A stretch of 64,000 nt of DNA from Gemmatimonadota bacterium. GTDB taxonomy: Bacteria; JBHIER01; G020348925. Position numbers and translations under genes: made by a program. Shown here piece by piece: positions 1 through 10,463 of this stretch; within the stretch, counting starts at the first letter, position 1; each line of letters starts with the position of its first letter. Under the pieces are notes generated by a model. That model made no database searches. It was not told where the DNA came from and worked only from the letters and a program-made list of their open reading frames with translations. The DNA is taken from the NCBI GenBank assembly GCA_020348925.1, contig CP070758.1, forward strand, positions 2,743,688-2,807,687. Reading direction: 5' to 3'.

Positions 1-576
1 TTCCCTCAGTTCCCGGGTAGGACGCTCCGAATTCCTGGCAGCGACTGTCGTAACAATAACTCTGAGGCTCGAAAAAAAATAGAGCTCCCCGGACACTGGC
101 CTATACTCAACAGGCTGGAGTTTCAGTATCAGAATCTGATAGCCGCGGAATACGTACGTACCGATATTCGTATATCGATTTTGAGGAAAGGGGCGATCCG
201 AGATATAGACGGTACTGTCCGGTGCCGGCAGCTTCTCCCTCTCCGATTCTGACGAGAGCGGTACCGGCTGCCCGACAGGTTCAACCGTATAGCCACTGCC
301 TAAAAAATTTTTCTCGCCGGTGACGATCTCAATACATGCAACCTCGGTGCCAAAAGGCAGCAGGATGTGTGCCCCTCTCGCCGGAAGAGACGGCTGACCT
401 ATTTGGCCGCCATTGGGAGCATTGATCATGGTCACCCGATGGTAGGGAGTTTCACCTATGACGATTTCTGAAATCCGCGGGCTGTCAAAAGAATATTCAA
501 CCTCCACCTGTCCTGCTAAGGGTCCAGCATATATGATCGCCATCCACAGGACAGCGACGGCAGATACGCTTCGCAT
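1..576 (-). CDS. Peptidase C25 (gingipain-like) precursor: signal peptide plus Propeptide_C25-like region; runs off the window start
   Basis: Hand translation from ATG at 576 (upstream GGAGGATAGGAG) is open for 192 codons: MRSVSAVAVLWMAIIYAGPLAG...GQIGQPSLPARGAHILLPFG...VFRGYQILILKLQPVEYRPVSGELYFFSSLRVIV. This matches the GxPxLP...iliP and RGy.il.l.l.PvqYnPvtgel pattern of C25 propeptides. Absent from the ORF track. Confidence 0.8.
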   Translation of the reverse strand, partial: MRSVSAVAVLWMAIIYAGPLAGQVEVEYSFDSPRISEIVIGETPYHRVTMINAPNGGQIGQPSLPARGAHILLPFGTEVACIEIVTGEKNFLGSGYTVEPVGQPVPLSSESEREKLPAPDSTVYISDRPFPQNRYTNIGTYVFRGYQILILKLQPVEYRPVSGELYFFSSLRVIVTTVAARNSERPTRELRE

Positions 577-757
577 CTCCTATCCTCCGATTCGAACACC
601 GCTCAACGTTCTATACACAATGTGTGGTAGCCATTTCATAATTCGATTACTGGTAGGGCAAATTGATAAATCTTCGGATGAGGTAGAAATGTCTGCTTTC
701 ACAAAAGCATCTGATACATTGTCTCATGGTACATATTGGAGCAATCCTTGTCGATCT

Positions 758-2626
758 CTAATAGAGGTCCTGCAATTTTAATGTCATTTCCTTGAGCTCA
801 CTATCTCGAGACAGAGTGACGGTGTATTTCGTACCCTTCTCCTTGCTCAGTAAATCGCGAACAGCAAGGAGTCCACCCAAGTATTTCGTTTCGATGGAAT
901 TGATTGCTGTGATAATATCCCCTTTTTGAAAACCCGCCTTGGCGGCAGGCGTGTCCTGAGCGACAAAAACAACTTCAACATCCTCATCCTCTCTGAGCAC
1001 AAGCTGGAGGCCGCTCTTATCCCTGGGGAACACATGCTCAAAGTTGTCACCCCTCTCAATAATCACCTGCTGACGTTCGTAATCGAGATAGAGGACGAAG
1101 TGACGGAAAAGTGAATTGCCGAGATTTCCTGTGAGCTCCCTTCTCCTGAAGGCTCCTTCACCCTGTTCAAGCGGCATTGAAATCAGGGGATTCCGGATCG
1201 TAAACCCCGCCCATTCGATGGCTTCAAATTGCACCGTCCGCTTCCCACTCTCACCACCAGCCCCAAAACCCAGACCGTCGATGCCCTTCAAAGTCAAGAG
1301 ATCATGCTCCTCGGCGAATGGATAATGAAAGCTCACGCCTCCTGCACCCAGATCGAGGCTCCATGTTCCCGATAATGTTCCGTCAACCGTAACCGGCAAA
1401 CTGAAGGTGTTGCCCATAAGTGGTGCCTCGAGCACAACACCTTTTCCTCTATACTCAAATGCATCGGATTCATAAAAGGACAGCGTCTCGCTGGCATAAT
1501 CAATCCTCGTCACAAAGCGAGACAGAAAATCATAGCCCAGGATACCAACAACTTCCAGTCCGAAATGTCTGTGCGCATATGGTTTGAGGAAACCGGCCGA
1601 TGCAGCTTTTTGTTCGCTAAATTCTATTCCTTCTATTCGAAACGGCGGAAGATCGACAAATGAAACCTGGAGTGTATTACCGGCCCCAACACCCTTTATA
1701 TCCCCTTCCGCCTTCAATCCAAGCTCGGCAGCAAAGGCGGAATCAACGACGGATATGCTCGCCCCGGAGTCCAGGATCCACAATCTCTCTTTCCCTTTGA
1801 CGTTCACCGAGATGAAGATATGATCCGCAAGAAACTTGAACGGCACGTTTTCGGCACTCTCGCCATCGATGAACCGGTAGTCCTTAACATCTTCCCCGGG
1901 TGGCTCGAAAACCGATGGCTCGATTTCGATATGACCCTCAAAACGGGTCAACTGAATCGTCATCTTCTGGCCTATGGGCAATATTTCCATCTCCTGTCGA
2001 AAGGAGCGTTTCAGACCATTCACCTCTCTGTAATCCAGAAAACGCGTGTGCCGTTCCACATCCGGTTCCTTGACGACAGATTTCTCCAGCATGAACGTAT
2101 TCACATTCATGTACTGACGGATCACGTCCTCATTGATACTGTTTTTGATGGTGACGATGTAACAATCGATATCATCAACTTTCTCGACACCTTCAAAACC
2201 GAGAGAAAAATAGTCGGATCGGGGATTGAGATGATCATAGACTTCCATCAATCCTCTCACCCTTCGCCTTTGAAGTGTCGGCTCGTCCCGTCTGATCTGC
2301 AGCTTTCCGTTTGTATCCACTTCCCAACTGAATTGCCCGTTGTCGCCGGAGGTTTGCCTGAGAATTTTCAGGTCGACTTCCTGGCGCTCCTTATTCGGGA
2401 CTTCCGTCCATATCTTGATGGTTCCCTCCAGTCCCGTGCCTTCAATAACAATCGAACCTTCGCTGTATCGAGTTTTCTCCGTTTTCAACTTATCCAATCC
2501 ACCAATTGCCTCATAATGTTTCTCTAATATCTCATACGGATCGGTCAAATCCTCTCCTCCCTGAATCGCGGCATTCGCTACGAATACCAGCGTTAAACAC
2601 AGAATAATATACGAAAAGAATCTCAT
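758..2626 (-). CDS. Secreted aspartyl protease: LolA-like N-terminal region, two retropepsin-like domains, C-terminal PDZ
   Basis: Signal peptide; WILDSGAS and GILGYDFLSRFVTRIDY; WSLDLGAG and GNLGNSLFRHFVLYLDY; PDZ motif TPAAKAGFQKGDIITAIN. Confidence 0.85.
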   Translation of the reverse strand: MRFFSYIILCLTLVFVANAAIQGGEDLTDPYEILEKHYEAIGGLDKLKTEKTRYSEGSIVIEGTGLEGTIKIWTEVPNKERQEVDLKILRQTSGDNGQFSWEVDTNGKLQIRRDEPTLQRRRVRGLMEVYDHLNPRSDYFSLGFEGVEKVDDIDCYIVTIKNSINEDVIRQYMNVNTFMLEKSVVKEPDVERHTRFLDYREVNGLKRSFRQEMEILPIGQKMTIQLTRFEGHIEIEPSVFEPPGEDVKDYRFIDGESAENVPFKFLADHIFISVNVKGKERLWILDSGASISVVDSAFAAELGLKAEGDIKGVGAGNTLQVSFVDLPPFRIEGIEFSEQKAASAGFLKPYAHRHFGLEVVGILGYDFLSRFVTRIDYASETLSFYESDAFEYRGKGVVLEAPLMGNTFSLPVTVDGTLSGTWSLDLGAGGVSFHYPFAEEHDLLTLKGIDGLGFGAGGESGKRTVQFEAIEWAGFTIRNPLISMPLEQGEGAFRRRELTGNLGNSLFRHFVLYLDYERQQVIIERGDNFEHVFPRDKSGLQLVLREDEDVEVVFVAQDTPAAKAGFQKGDIITAINSIETKYLGGLLAVRDLLSKEKGTKYTVTLSRDSELKEMTLKLQDLY

Positions 2627-2863
2627 GGTATCACTCCTTGCTCATGATTTTAAAGAAAGCACATAAAAGATATACGGATGTTCCAATTTTCAAATAAGGC
2701 ACTTCCAAAACTAAATAACATATTCATTAAAACATTTTATCGACAAAGAGGTTTCATTTTGAATCGAAACCATGTAAAAAAAAGATTGGATTACATCTTG
2801 TATGAGACAGGAAGTCCACAAATGAACTCGTGTAAAAAATGATACGTCCGAAATCCGTGTACA

Positions 2864-4288
2864 TTAATCATGCCGTAACGCTTCAACAGGATTGACACGT
2901 GCCGCCCGGTTGGCCGGATACAATCCGGCCGCCAGGCTGATGACGAGGGAAAATGCGACAGCGCCAAAAATAAGCCAAAGTGGAAAATAGAAAAAATCCA
3001 CCGATGGTTCGCCTGGGGGAAGAAATTGTGCATTCGCGATCATATTCGCAATGCGCGTCACGATCCATCCGAGAATCAGTCCGAAAACGGCACCGATCAG
3101 GCCGATCGTTCCGGCTTCGATAAAAAAGATCATTCGTATCTCGCCCTCGCTTCCTCCGATAGCTTTCATGATACCGATCTCGCGGGTCCGTTCGAGAATG
3201 GACATAATCATGGTGTTGATGATACCCAGGGCTGCCACGACCAGAGCGATGGTTCCGATGGCACCCAGGATGGCATCCATGATCAGAAAGCCTCTTTTGA
3301 TCTCCTCAAGCTGATCGGTTATGGAAAAGACGTGGAGTCCCATCTTTTCGATCTTTTCTCTGACGGGCTCCATATCACGCATGCTTTTCATTCGCACATA
3401 TATTGAATTGTACGTGTTTTTTTCATCCATATCTCCCAGGAGCTCCCAGACGGAGGAGAATCCCAGCCTGGGGATCTTCCCAGCAGCCTTCAACGGAACG
3501 ATAATGCCACCCTTCAGGCGATTGCTGGAAAATGTGCCGGACTTCTGCAGAATTCCACTGACAGTAAACTCCGTCACGGACTCTTTGATTATCGGACGAT
3601 CCGGGTTGAGAAAGGACAGCATCGGATTTGAGGGGAGTTGGGATCCATCAAGAGCAGCCGAGACGATTTCAATGGGCTTTCCCACAATCGAATCGGAACG
3701 AACAATGCTCAGGCCATTCAAAGTATCCCCATCTGATTGTCTCTTGGGCCGTATCTCATCCTGAACGAGGAGGTTCATTTGCTTCAATGTCTCCCATCGA
3801 ATCACAAGGGTTGACGAGGTATCATCATCGAAAAATTCACCGGACATCATTTCGTTATAGGGCTTATAAGATCTCATCGCTGCGGGTAATGCCTGAAGAT
3901 GCGTTCTCGTTTCATGATCCCCAAAGCGAACCTTCACCGGAAAACGAATTTCAGGAAAGGCAATTTCAACACCTGAGATACACTGGATCTCCTGCAATGT
4001 CGAATCCGTTAATGCGACGGACGGCTGTTTGAGCAGATTTGCCATGTTATCCAGATCACCGGAAGCCATCTCCTCAACGTCTATTTTTTTAGACGTGATA
4101 TAGAGGCTGGTAAAGAGATCGTTCTCTTTGAAGGTGTCCGTAATATTTTTCTGCATGCCCGTACCGAATGAGATCATGGAAGCCAACGCACCAATCCCGA
4201 TGACGACGCCCAGGGTTGTGAGGAATGTTCTCAACTTTGTTCGCCTAAGGTTATCGAAGCCGAGTCCAATCGTATCCAGGAGTTTCAT
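2864..4288 (-). CDS. MacB/FtsX-family ABC transporter permease
   Basis: KLRTFLTTLGVVIGI; large periplasmic loop; GIINTMIMSILERTREIGIMKAIG; YPANRAARVNPVEALR. Confidence 0.95.
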   Translation of the reverse strand: MKLLDTIGLGFDNLRRTKLRTFLTTLGVVIGIGALASMISFGTGMQKNITDTFKENDLFTSLYITSKKIDVEEMASGDLDNMANLLKQPSVALTDSTLQEIQCISGVEIAFPEIRFPVKVRFGDHETRTHLQALPAAMRSYKPYNEMMSGEFFDDDTSSTLVIRWETLKQMNLLVQDEIRPKRQSDGDTLNGLSIVRSDSIVGKPIEIVSAALDGSQLPSNPMLSFLNPDRPIIKESVTEFTVSGILQKSGTFSSNRLKGGIIVPLKAAGKIPRLGFSSVWELLGDMDEKNTYNSIYVRMKSMRDMEPVREKIEKMGLHVFSITDQLEEIKRGFLIMDAILGAIGTIALVVAALGIINTMIMSILERTREIGIMKAIGGSEGEIRMIFFIEAGTIGLIGAVFGLILGWIVTRIANMIANAQFLPPGEPSVDFFYFPLWLIFGAVAFSLVISLAAGLYPANRAARVNPVEALRHD

Positions 4289-4983
4289 GGAGCCTCTCCT
4301 GTTTGATCATACTGCTCAATTTGTCCGTCGAGCAAACGAATAACCTCACTGGAAACTGAGATGGCCACATCCTGTTCGTGTGTAACCATGACTATGGTCA
4401 CTCCCTGGGAGCGATTTAAATCCTGCAGCAGGTTTATTATTTCCCTGGCAGTCGTGCTGTCCAGATTTCCCGTGGGCTCATCAGGAAGAAGCATGGCGGG
4501 GCTGTTGGCCAGGGCGCGGGCAATGGCCACGCGTTGTGCTTCCCCGCCGGACAGCTCCGCCGGTTTATGATGGAGCCTCTGTTCCAATCCGACCCTGGAG
4601 AGAAGTTGGGTGGCCCTCTCTCTTCTCTGAAACCTCGGTATTCCTCCAAAGGTAAGGGCCAGCATGACATTCTCGAGCGCGCTTCTGTGAGGAATCAGGT
4701 TGAAGGACTGAAAGACCATTCCCACGGAAAATCGCCGATGCTGGGCCAGCTCAGAACGTTTCATCCGGGTAAGATCTTTTCCATTAAAAATGATGTGGCC
4801 TGACGTCGCCGTATCCAGGCCGCCAATGAGATTGAGCAACGTCGATTTACCAGAGCCGGATCTACCAACGATGGACACAAAGGCACCTTGATTCACGTTG
4901 AAAGTAATATCCTTGAGCGCATCAATTTGAATATCACCTTTTCTATAGATCTTGGAAAGCTGTGATATCTGCAGTAAGCTCAA
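4285..4983 (-). CDS. LolD/MacB-type ABC transporter ATP-binding protein (TTG start)
   Basis: Walker [10 protein letters not shown], signature [15 protein letters not shown], Walker [15 protein letters not shown]; 4-bp overlap with the permease. Confidence 0.95.
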   Translation of the reverse strand: MSLLQISQLSKIYRKGDIQIDALKDITFNVNQGAFVSIVGRSGSGKSTLLNLIGGLDTATSGHIIFNGKDLTRMKRSELAQHRRFSVGMVFQSFNLIPHRSALENVMLALTFGGIPRFQRRERATQLLSRVGLEQRLHHKPAELSGGEAQRVAIARALANSPAMLLPDEPTGNLDSTTAREIINLLQDLNRSQGVTIVMVTHEQDVAISVSSEVIRLLDGQIEQYDQTGEAP

Positions 4984-5157
4984 TTCTGTTTCCTCTTTCC
5001 CATCACGTCATTTCAGGACAAAAATTTCTAAACATTTTCTCACCTGGATTATTCATACAATCAATGCAACAGCGACGTAACATATTTACATTTATAGAGT
5101 TACAACAAACACTACTTTTGAACTTTTTACCACGATATCTTCCACAAATGAAGACTA

Positions 5158-5265
5158 TGTCATTCCGGGTTTATCCCGGAATCTCCTGAATTTTGGATCC
5201 GTTATACCAACCGAGGAGATTCCGGCACTTCGGCCGGAATGACAGTTCATGAATAAAGCAGAATA
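5158..5265. repeat. REP/MITE-like palindromic element, copy 1
   Basis: Terminal inverted repeats TGTCATTCCGG...CCGGAATGACA (5158-5244) with internal hairpins. 5208-5247 is the exact reverse complement of 15068-15107. Confidence 0.85.
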
Positions 5266-5317
5266 CGTTTTGACCCTTCGACAAACTCAGGGCAGGCTCT
5301 TTCGATATTATACTTCT

Positions 5318-6739
5318 TTATTCCTTCTTCAGCCTCTCCAGCATCTCAACCGCATTCGTATTTTCCGGATTTATCTCCAGTGACTTTTCGTAATTTTCGA
5401 CAGCCAGCTTTGTATTCCCGTTATTCATATACGCTTCACCCAAGCTGTCGTACACATTCCAGGAATCGGGATAGGCTTCCACATTCAGTTTCAAAATTTC
5501 GACGGCTTCGTCAATCTTACCTTCGCCAAGCAATGTGTATCCAAGGGCATTGAAAGAATTTTCATCAAAATGAATTTGATTATCCGAGCCGGACTGCAGC
5601 TCATAATATTTTTGAACGGCCGCTTCGATTCCCGATTCTGCAAGCGTCTTTTGAACGACATGGGCAGCGAATGTCTGATGTTGAGCCCAGAACAGACGAA
5701 TGTTTCGAGAATGCTCTTGCTCGGTCCACTCCGGACCATCATTTGTATAGATATCCCATTGACGAATGTAGGGGAACTTTGTTTCAAGGGATAACCGATC
5801 CCGAATCGTCTCAAGGTCAAGCCCCGCTTCACAGGCGGCGCTCACCTCATCCCACAACTGCCGGATGTAATCCCTTCGCGCTACCAGCCATTCCCGGGAA
5901 TGTATTTCCGAAGGACCGCCGACAACCCGCTCGACACTGTTCTCGTCCGCCAGAACAGTGTCAAGAACATCCAGCCAAATGGGAACATCCAGCTCGGCCA
6001 TCGACCGGTTCGGAGTGGGAGCTAAGTGATGTCCTTGGAAAAGGAAATCTGTTAAAAGAAGTTTCTCCTCAGGTACATGCATGAGAATACCGCTTTCAAA
6101 ACTGGCCCTGCCGAAGTAATAGAGTTTTAAGGTCATATCTCCAAGATCCAGCGTCAATCGATCCCCGAATGTGAGAGTAGGCAACACAAGTGAATATCCT
6201 TTCGATAAATCGTCGGCAATCCGACGACAATAGGCCAACCAGACCCGTTCGCTGGCAGCGTCTTCGGAAGCCGGATCGTACGACGCAAGCCTCTCTTGGG
6301 ACAGACCCGCCTTCCATTGCCACATGTCGATCAATTCCTGCAGATGACGGTCAAGGCTTTCCTGGCGCCGGATGAGATTCTCGCGGCATCGCTCGTGCCC
6401 AATAATAATCGCATCGTCATACGCGGAGTTGCCGCCAACCACATCCAGTCGGTCCCAGTTATTGATAGCGTATGCAAAATCGCTGCGCCCGAACTCCTTT
6501 TCTAAAATATCCCTATACTCCGAGGCAATACCCGGGGACCAGAGTGTGCTCATGACCACGATCCCCATGCTCGATGCCAGGGCAACCTGAGGGCCTGATC
6601 CGTCCTCTGTGCTGAGTATTATCGCTCTATCACTCAACCGAGTGACCTTTATGGAGAGATCGTACTCACTCTCGGTCATGGCTGACACAAGAAAGGAGAG
6701 AGACATGATAACCACCAAAATGAGTCTCATTGATTTCAC
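5318..6739 (-). CDS. Secreted metallo-beta-lactamase-fold protein with degenerate metal motif and C-terminal TPRs
   Basis: Signal peptide; AINNWDRLDVVGGN at the THxHxDHxGGN position; PTLTFGDRLTLDLGD; TPR tail NALGYTLL...YPDSWNVYDSLGEAY...KSLEINPEN. Confidence 0.8.
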   Translation of the reverse strand: MKSMRLILVVIMSLSFLVSAMTESEYDLSIKVTRLSDRAIILSTEDGSGPQVALASSMGIVVMSTLWSPGIASEYRDILEKEFGRSDFAYAINNWDRLDVVGGNSAYDDAIIIGHERCRENLIRRQESLDRHLQELIDMWQWKAGLSQERLASYDPASEDAASERVWLAYCRRIADDLSKGYSLVLPTLTFGDRLTLDLGDMTLKLYYFGRASFESGILMHVPEEKLLLTDFLFQGHHLAPTPNRSMAELDVPIWLDVLDTVLADENSVERVVGGPSEIHSREWLVARRDYIRQLWDEVSAACEAGLDLETIRDRLSLETKFPYIRQWDIYTNDGPEWTEQEHSRNIRLFWAQHQTFAAHVVQKTLAESGIEAAVQKYYELQSGSDNQIHFDENSFNALGYTLLGEGKIDEAVEILKLNVEAYPDSWNVYDSLGEAYMNNGNTKLAVENYEKSLEINPENTNAVEMLERLKKE

Positions 6740-7004
6740 TTTTCTTCTCCTTCTCTATTTTAAGTGAATGTGCTATCCCTGCATCTTCAACGATAGACAC
6801 CGAGCCAAACGCCTTTGTTTCAACTTCCTCCTGACCAAAACTGTACAGCCTCCCATCGTCGTTCACAGGAGAGTGCAACAGGACATCGGTGAACCAGCAG
6901 GTCTGGATTTTTTTCATTCAGACACCAAGGAATTGAGGGATTTGTTCCAAAGCGTTTGGCAAGATGCGGAGGGTATGCCTTGTGCGAATTAATAATTCGA
7001 AGTC

Positions 7005-7022
7005 CGAACGATCGATCGTTCG
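7005..7022. promoter_or_regulatory. Perfect 18-bp palindrome, candidate operator between divergent genes
   Basis: CGAACGATCGATCGTTCG is its own reverse complement; it shares GATCGTTC with 7151-7162. Confidence 0.45.
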
Positions 7023-7120
7023 ACGAGATTAAGTATTTGTTTATTAATGAGTTTTTTTACAAAGAGGACATGAGAAAAGGGGACGTGTTCCTATTTTTTC
7101 CTATTTCATACATTTTTTCC

Positions 7121-7162
7121 TTGACATCACGGATACAGACATTTACTTTATTGATCGTTCAA
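7121..7162 (+). promoter_or_regulatory. Sigma70-type promoter of tetR with adjacent imperfect palindrome
   Basis: TTGACA (7121-7126), 17-bp spacer, TACTTT (7144-7149); TTGATCGTTCAA at 7151-7162; AAGGA RBS before ATG 7176. Confidence 0.65.
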
Positions 7163-7175
7163 GAAAGGATGTATT

Positions 7176-7781
7176 ATGGGCAGAAAATCTGAAGCAAGAA
7201 AAAAAATAATCGATACAGCAAGGGAACTGTTCTGGAAAAACGGTTACGGAGCGACCGGTGTGGCACAAATTCTCAGCCATGCCGGAATTGGTTCGGGGAG
7301 TTTCTACTGGTTTTTCAAATCGAAGGAAGATCTGCTCGTGGCCGTTTTGGAACAATACCTTGAACTTCTCGATTCCATGATTGCCGCCCCAGCTTTCAAA
7401 AAATCAACCGATCCTATAGAGAGAATATTCTTGATCCTTGAAGGTTATCGGCAGATACTTGAAGAATATGATTTTCAATTGGGCTGTCCTATTGGAAATA
7501 TCGCCCTTGAACTGGGTGATAAATATGAGAACGTAAGAGAAATGACGATAAAGAATTTTGAAAATTGGAGAAATATGATCAAAAAATGTCTCCACGATGC
7601 ATCGAACAGTTTTCCCCCGAATACCGATTTCGACGCAATGACAGTATTCATCTTAACGACGATGGAAGGTGCCATGATGCAAGCCAGAGCACACAAGGAC
7701 ATCTCATATTTTGATGATTCCATCGTGCAGCTTCGAGTCTATTTTAACTCTTTATTAACAAAGAAGGAATTCGATTCATGA
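7176..7781 (+). CDS. TetR/AcrR-family transcriptional regulator
   Basis: HTH: ELFWKNGYGATGVAQILSHAGIGSGSFYWFFKSKEDL; GCPIGNIALE (NemR/LmrA-like C-domain). Confidence 0.95.
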   Translation: MGRKSEARKKIIDTARELFWKNGYGATGVAQILSHAGIGSGSFYWFFKSKEDLLVAVLEQYLELLDSMIAAPAFKKSTDPIERIFLILEGYRQILEEYDFQLGCPIGNIALELGDKYENVREMTIKNFENWRNMIKKCLHDASNSFPPNTDFDAMTVFILTTMEGAMMQARAHKDISYFDDSIVQLRVYFNSLLTKKEFDS

Positions 7782-7839
7782 GGGTGTCATCGATGAACAT
7801 GGTCTTTTGATGAATCTCTCACAGGAACTGAGGTGTGCT

Positions 7840-8391
7840 ATGACTAATCGATTTCAGGTTCTTATCACCATTATCCTCATACTCAATGTTCTCTCACTGC
7901 GGAACGACGTCTTTTCACACAGTCAGGGGACGTCCAGCGTATTGAAATCGGAAGAAACGGATACGGCACCTCGTGCTACCATTGCGGACGTTTCCTGGAT
8001 CGCCGGACACTGGCAGGGAGAAATGTTCGGAGGTCTGGCAGAAGAAATCTGGAGCCCGCCAGTCGGCGGGACAATGATGGGCATGTATAAACTTGTCCGG
8101 GATGGGAAAGTTGTCTTCTATGAGCTCATGATCATTGCTCAAGATTCGAACGGTCTTGTTCTGAAATTGAAGCACTTCAATGCGGATCTTACGGCCTGGG
8201 AAGAGAAAACTGAGACGGTCGATTTTCCACTGATCAAACACACTTCGAGCGAAGCGATCTTCGACGGTCTGACATTCCGCATGATAGACGATGAGACGAT
8301 GCAGGTTCTTTTGCGCATGGAGCAGAGGGATGGAGACACGCAAGAGATGGAATTTATATATCGTCGGGTGGGCGACGAAAATGAGAATTGA
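7840..8391 (+). CDS. Secreted DUF6265-like protein
   Basis: Signal peptide; WIAGHWQG...EEIWSPPVGGTMMGMYKLV...LKLKHF; GAGGT RBS before ATG 7840. Confidence 0.75.
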   Translation: MTNRFQVLITIILILNVLSLRNDVFSHSQGTSSVLKSEETDTAPRATIADVSWIAGHWQGEMFGGLAEEIWSPPVGGTMMGMYKLVRDGKVVFYELMIIAQDSNGLVLKLKHFNADLTAWEEKTETVDFPLIKHTSSEAIFDGLTFRMIDDETMQVLLRMEQRDGDTQEMEFIYRRVGDENEN

Positions 8392-8443
8392 TACCGATAC
8401 ACTATTTCCACAACCGTGAATGCTAAAGGAAAAAAGAAATTCG

Positions 8444-9715
8444 ATGAAGCGGATTGCTTTTGTAACACTTGCCCTTTTCACCCTCTCCTGTTCGGATTCG
8501 AAAAAGACGACGCCCGATGCGCATCTCACTGCCGAGCTTCGAAACCTATACACCAGCAAGCAGTATTTCGATCTGAGAGATGTCCTTGAAGGTTGGGACA
8601 GAGACTCGTCCTCAACGGTCCTCTTCTATCGGGGCGTGGTGGACAACAAGTTCCACCGACCGGAATCATCCGTCCGGTACTTGCAGGCTTATGTGAGCCA
8701 GGCAGAGAACGAGGCGGATGTCGATCTCCTGATCGATGGTTACGAGATTCTGGCCGATAATTTCCTCAAAATGCATCGATACAAGGAAGCATCTGAAACC
8801 TTCGGGACAATCTTAAGCACATTCGGGAGCCACCTCGACCCGGAACAAGTGGCGGATTTCGAAAACTCCTTCACTATGTGTGACGCCTTGCGCGACGTGC
8901 CACCACAAACGGCTGTTATTCAGGGTGAAACGAAGCTTCAGACGACAGACGGTTATCTTCCTGTTCGGATCAACGACCGGGATTTGCTCCTGGGTCCAGA
9001 TACGGGTGCGAATTTTTCAGTGATTATTCGCTCACTGGCCGAAAAAGCCGACATGCGCATCATCGATGTTTCGGTGGATGTCCTGAATGTGGCAGGCATG
9101 AAAGTCGTTGCACGATTGGGTGTGGCTTCGAGAGTGGAGATCGGCAAGGTTGTGCTCCACAATGTCGTTTTTTTGGTGTTTGACGATAAGGATCTGTACA
9201 TTCCGGGCGCGGATCTTCAAATCAAGGGTGTCATCGGATTTCCCGTTATCGAGGCGTTGGGGGAAATCACCTTCGGACGAAACGGTGAGGTTCTTATTCC
9301 TGCAGAACCTCGCAAACACTCCATTCATAATATGTGCCTCGACGGATTGACACCCTTGATCGCTGGGATATTCAGAGGTAATCGTCACACTTTTTGTCTT
9401 GATTCTGGGGCCGGTACATCGACCTTGTATCCTTCTTTCTTCAAAGCGTACGAAGAGGAGATCGAAGCAAACTATTCTGCGTCAATCGAAAAAGTGCGCG
9501 GTTTCGGTGGCTATCGCGAGATCCCGGCATATCGCATGGAGAACGTCAGGATGACATTCTCGGAAAAGGAGATCTTCTTCAAAGAAATACCTGTTTTGAC
9601 GGAATACACGTTGGATAATAGTCATTATTTCTACGGAAATCTCGGTCGGGATATGATCCATCAGTTTGAAAGGATGACGCTCAATTTTGCGTCGATGTGC
9701 TTCGTGTTCGAGTGA
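8444..9715 (+). CDS. Lipoprotein aspartyl protease with helical N-domain and two retropepsin-like domains
   Basis: Lipobox FTLSC; PDTGANFS with GVIGFP; LDSGAGTS with GNLGRD. Confidence 0.85.
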   Translation: MKRIAFVTLALFTLSCSDSKKTTPDAHLTAELRNLYTSKQYFDLRDVLEGWDRDSSSTVLFYRGVVDNKFHRPESSVRYLQAYVSQAENEADVDLLIDGYEILADNFLKMHRYKEASETFGTILSTFGSHLDPEQVADFENSFTMCDALRDVPPQTAVIQGETKLQTTDGYLPVRINDRDLLLGPDTGANFSVIIRSLAEKADMRIIDVSVDVLNVAGMKVVARLGVASRVEIGKVVLHNVVFLVFDDKDLYIPGADLQIKGVIGFPVIEALGEITFGRNGEVLIPAEPRKHSIHNMCLDGLTPLIAGIFRGNRHTFCLDSGAGTSTLYPSFFKAYEEEIEANYSASIEKVRGFGGYREIPAYRMENVRMTFSEKEIFFKEIPVLTEYTLDNSHYFYGNLGRDMIHQFERMTLNFASMCFVFE

Positions 9716-9765
9716 AGGGGATCTGTTTGTCGAGATCTGAACGAATAAAAAAGGAGAAGAGAAAA

Positions 9766-10341
9766 ATGAATTCAGAACACAACATTATTCTCGGCATAGG
9801 GAGAAATACGATCATCCTGTGTTCTTTTGCTCTGGCCTGTCAGGTGATGGCCGATACGAGTCCCACCAGAATGAACGCTGAAAAGAGAGATGTGTCCAAC
9901 AAAATTATTCACCATTCCCTTCGATTGCATTGCGATGCACACCGGGCCTTTGAGTTGTTCACGGTCGACACCTTGCTGGAATCATGGTTGACGATGGTGG
10001 CCGACGTGGAACCCCTGGTCGGTGGGAAATACGAACTGTTCTGGGAACCGGAGGACAGACAGAACAACAGCACAATAGGATGTAGGGTGACGGCGATCGA
10101 ACGGCCGAAATATGTCTCCTTCGAATGGAAGAGTCCAGAGCAGTTCAAACATTTCGCCAACGATGCCGATCCGTTGACTCATGTGGTCGTTTCTTTCATT
10201 CCGAGTGACGATTCCACGGAGGTTCACATGATTCATTCGGGGTGGAGGAGCTCGGCAGAATGGGAAGAAGCACGACAGTGGCAGGATCGAGCCTGGCGTG
10301 TGGCTTTCAATGCCTTGGATAAACAAATCAACGGAGAGTGA
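9766..10341 (+). CDS. SRPBCC/AHSA1-like domain protein
   Basis: AFELFT...LESW...VEPLVGGKYELFW...VHMIHSGW; AAGGAG RBS. Confidence 0.85.
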   Translation: MNSEHNIILGIGRNTIILCSFALACQVMADTSPTRMNAEKRDVSNKIIHHSLRLHCDAHRAFELFTVDTLLESWLTMVADVEPLVGGKYELFWEPEDRQNNSTIGCRVTAIERPKYVSFEWKSPEQFKHFANDADPLTHVVVSFIPSDDSTEVHMIHSGWRSSAEWEEARQWQDRAWRVAFNALDKQINGE

Positions 10342-10463
10342 AACACACCGACAGCAGAGTACTCCCAAAACAGGCAAGGCATCCAATTGAGAATCGAAGT
10401 GAAAATTCAATATCTCTGAAATTTTAAAACCCCCGAGATATCACCCTAAAAATTGAAGGAGGA

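Noticed and set aside
458-781. 107-aa plus-strand ORF
   Set aside because: Antisense to the C25 gene start; no features of a real protein.
4450-4500. Walker B variant LLPDE as an inactivating change
   Set aside because: Catalytic Asp-Glu and all other motifs are intact.
6666-6992. Small ORFs upstream of the MBL-TPR gene
   Set aside because: No recognisable family; they overlap a real gene start or regulatory DNA.
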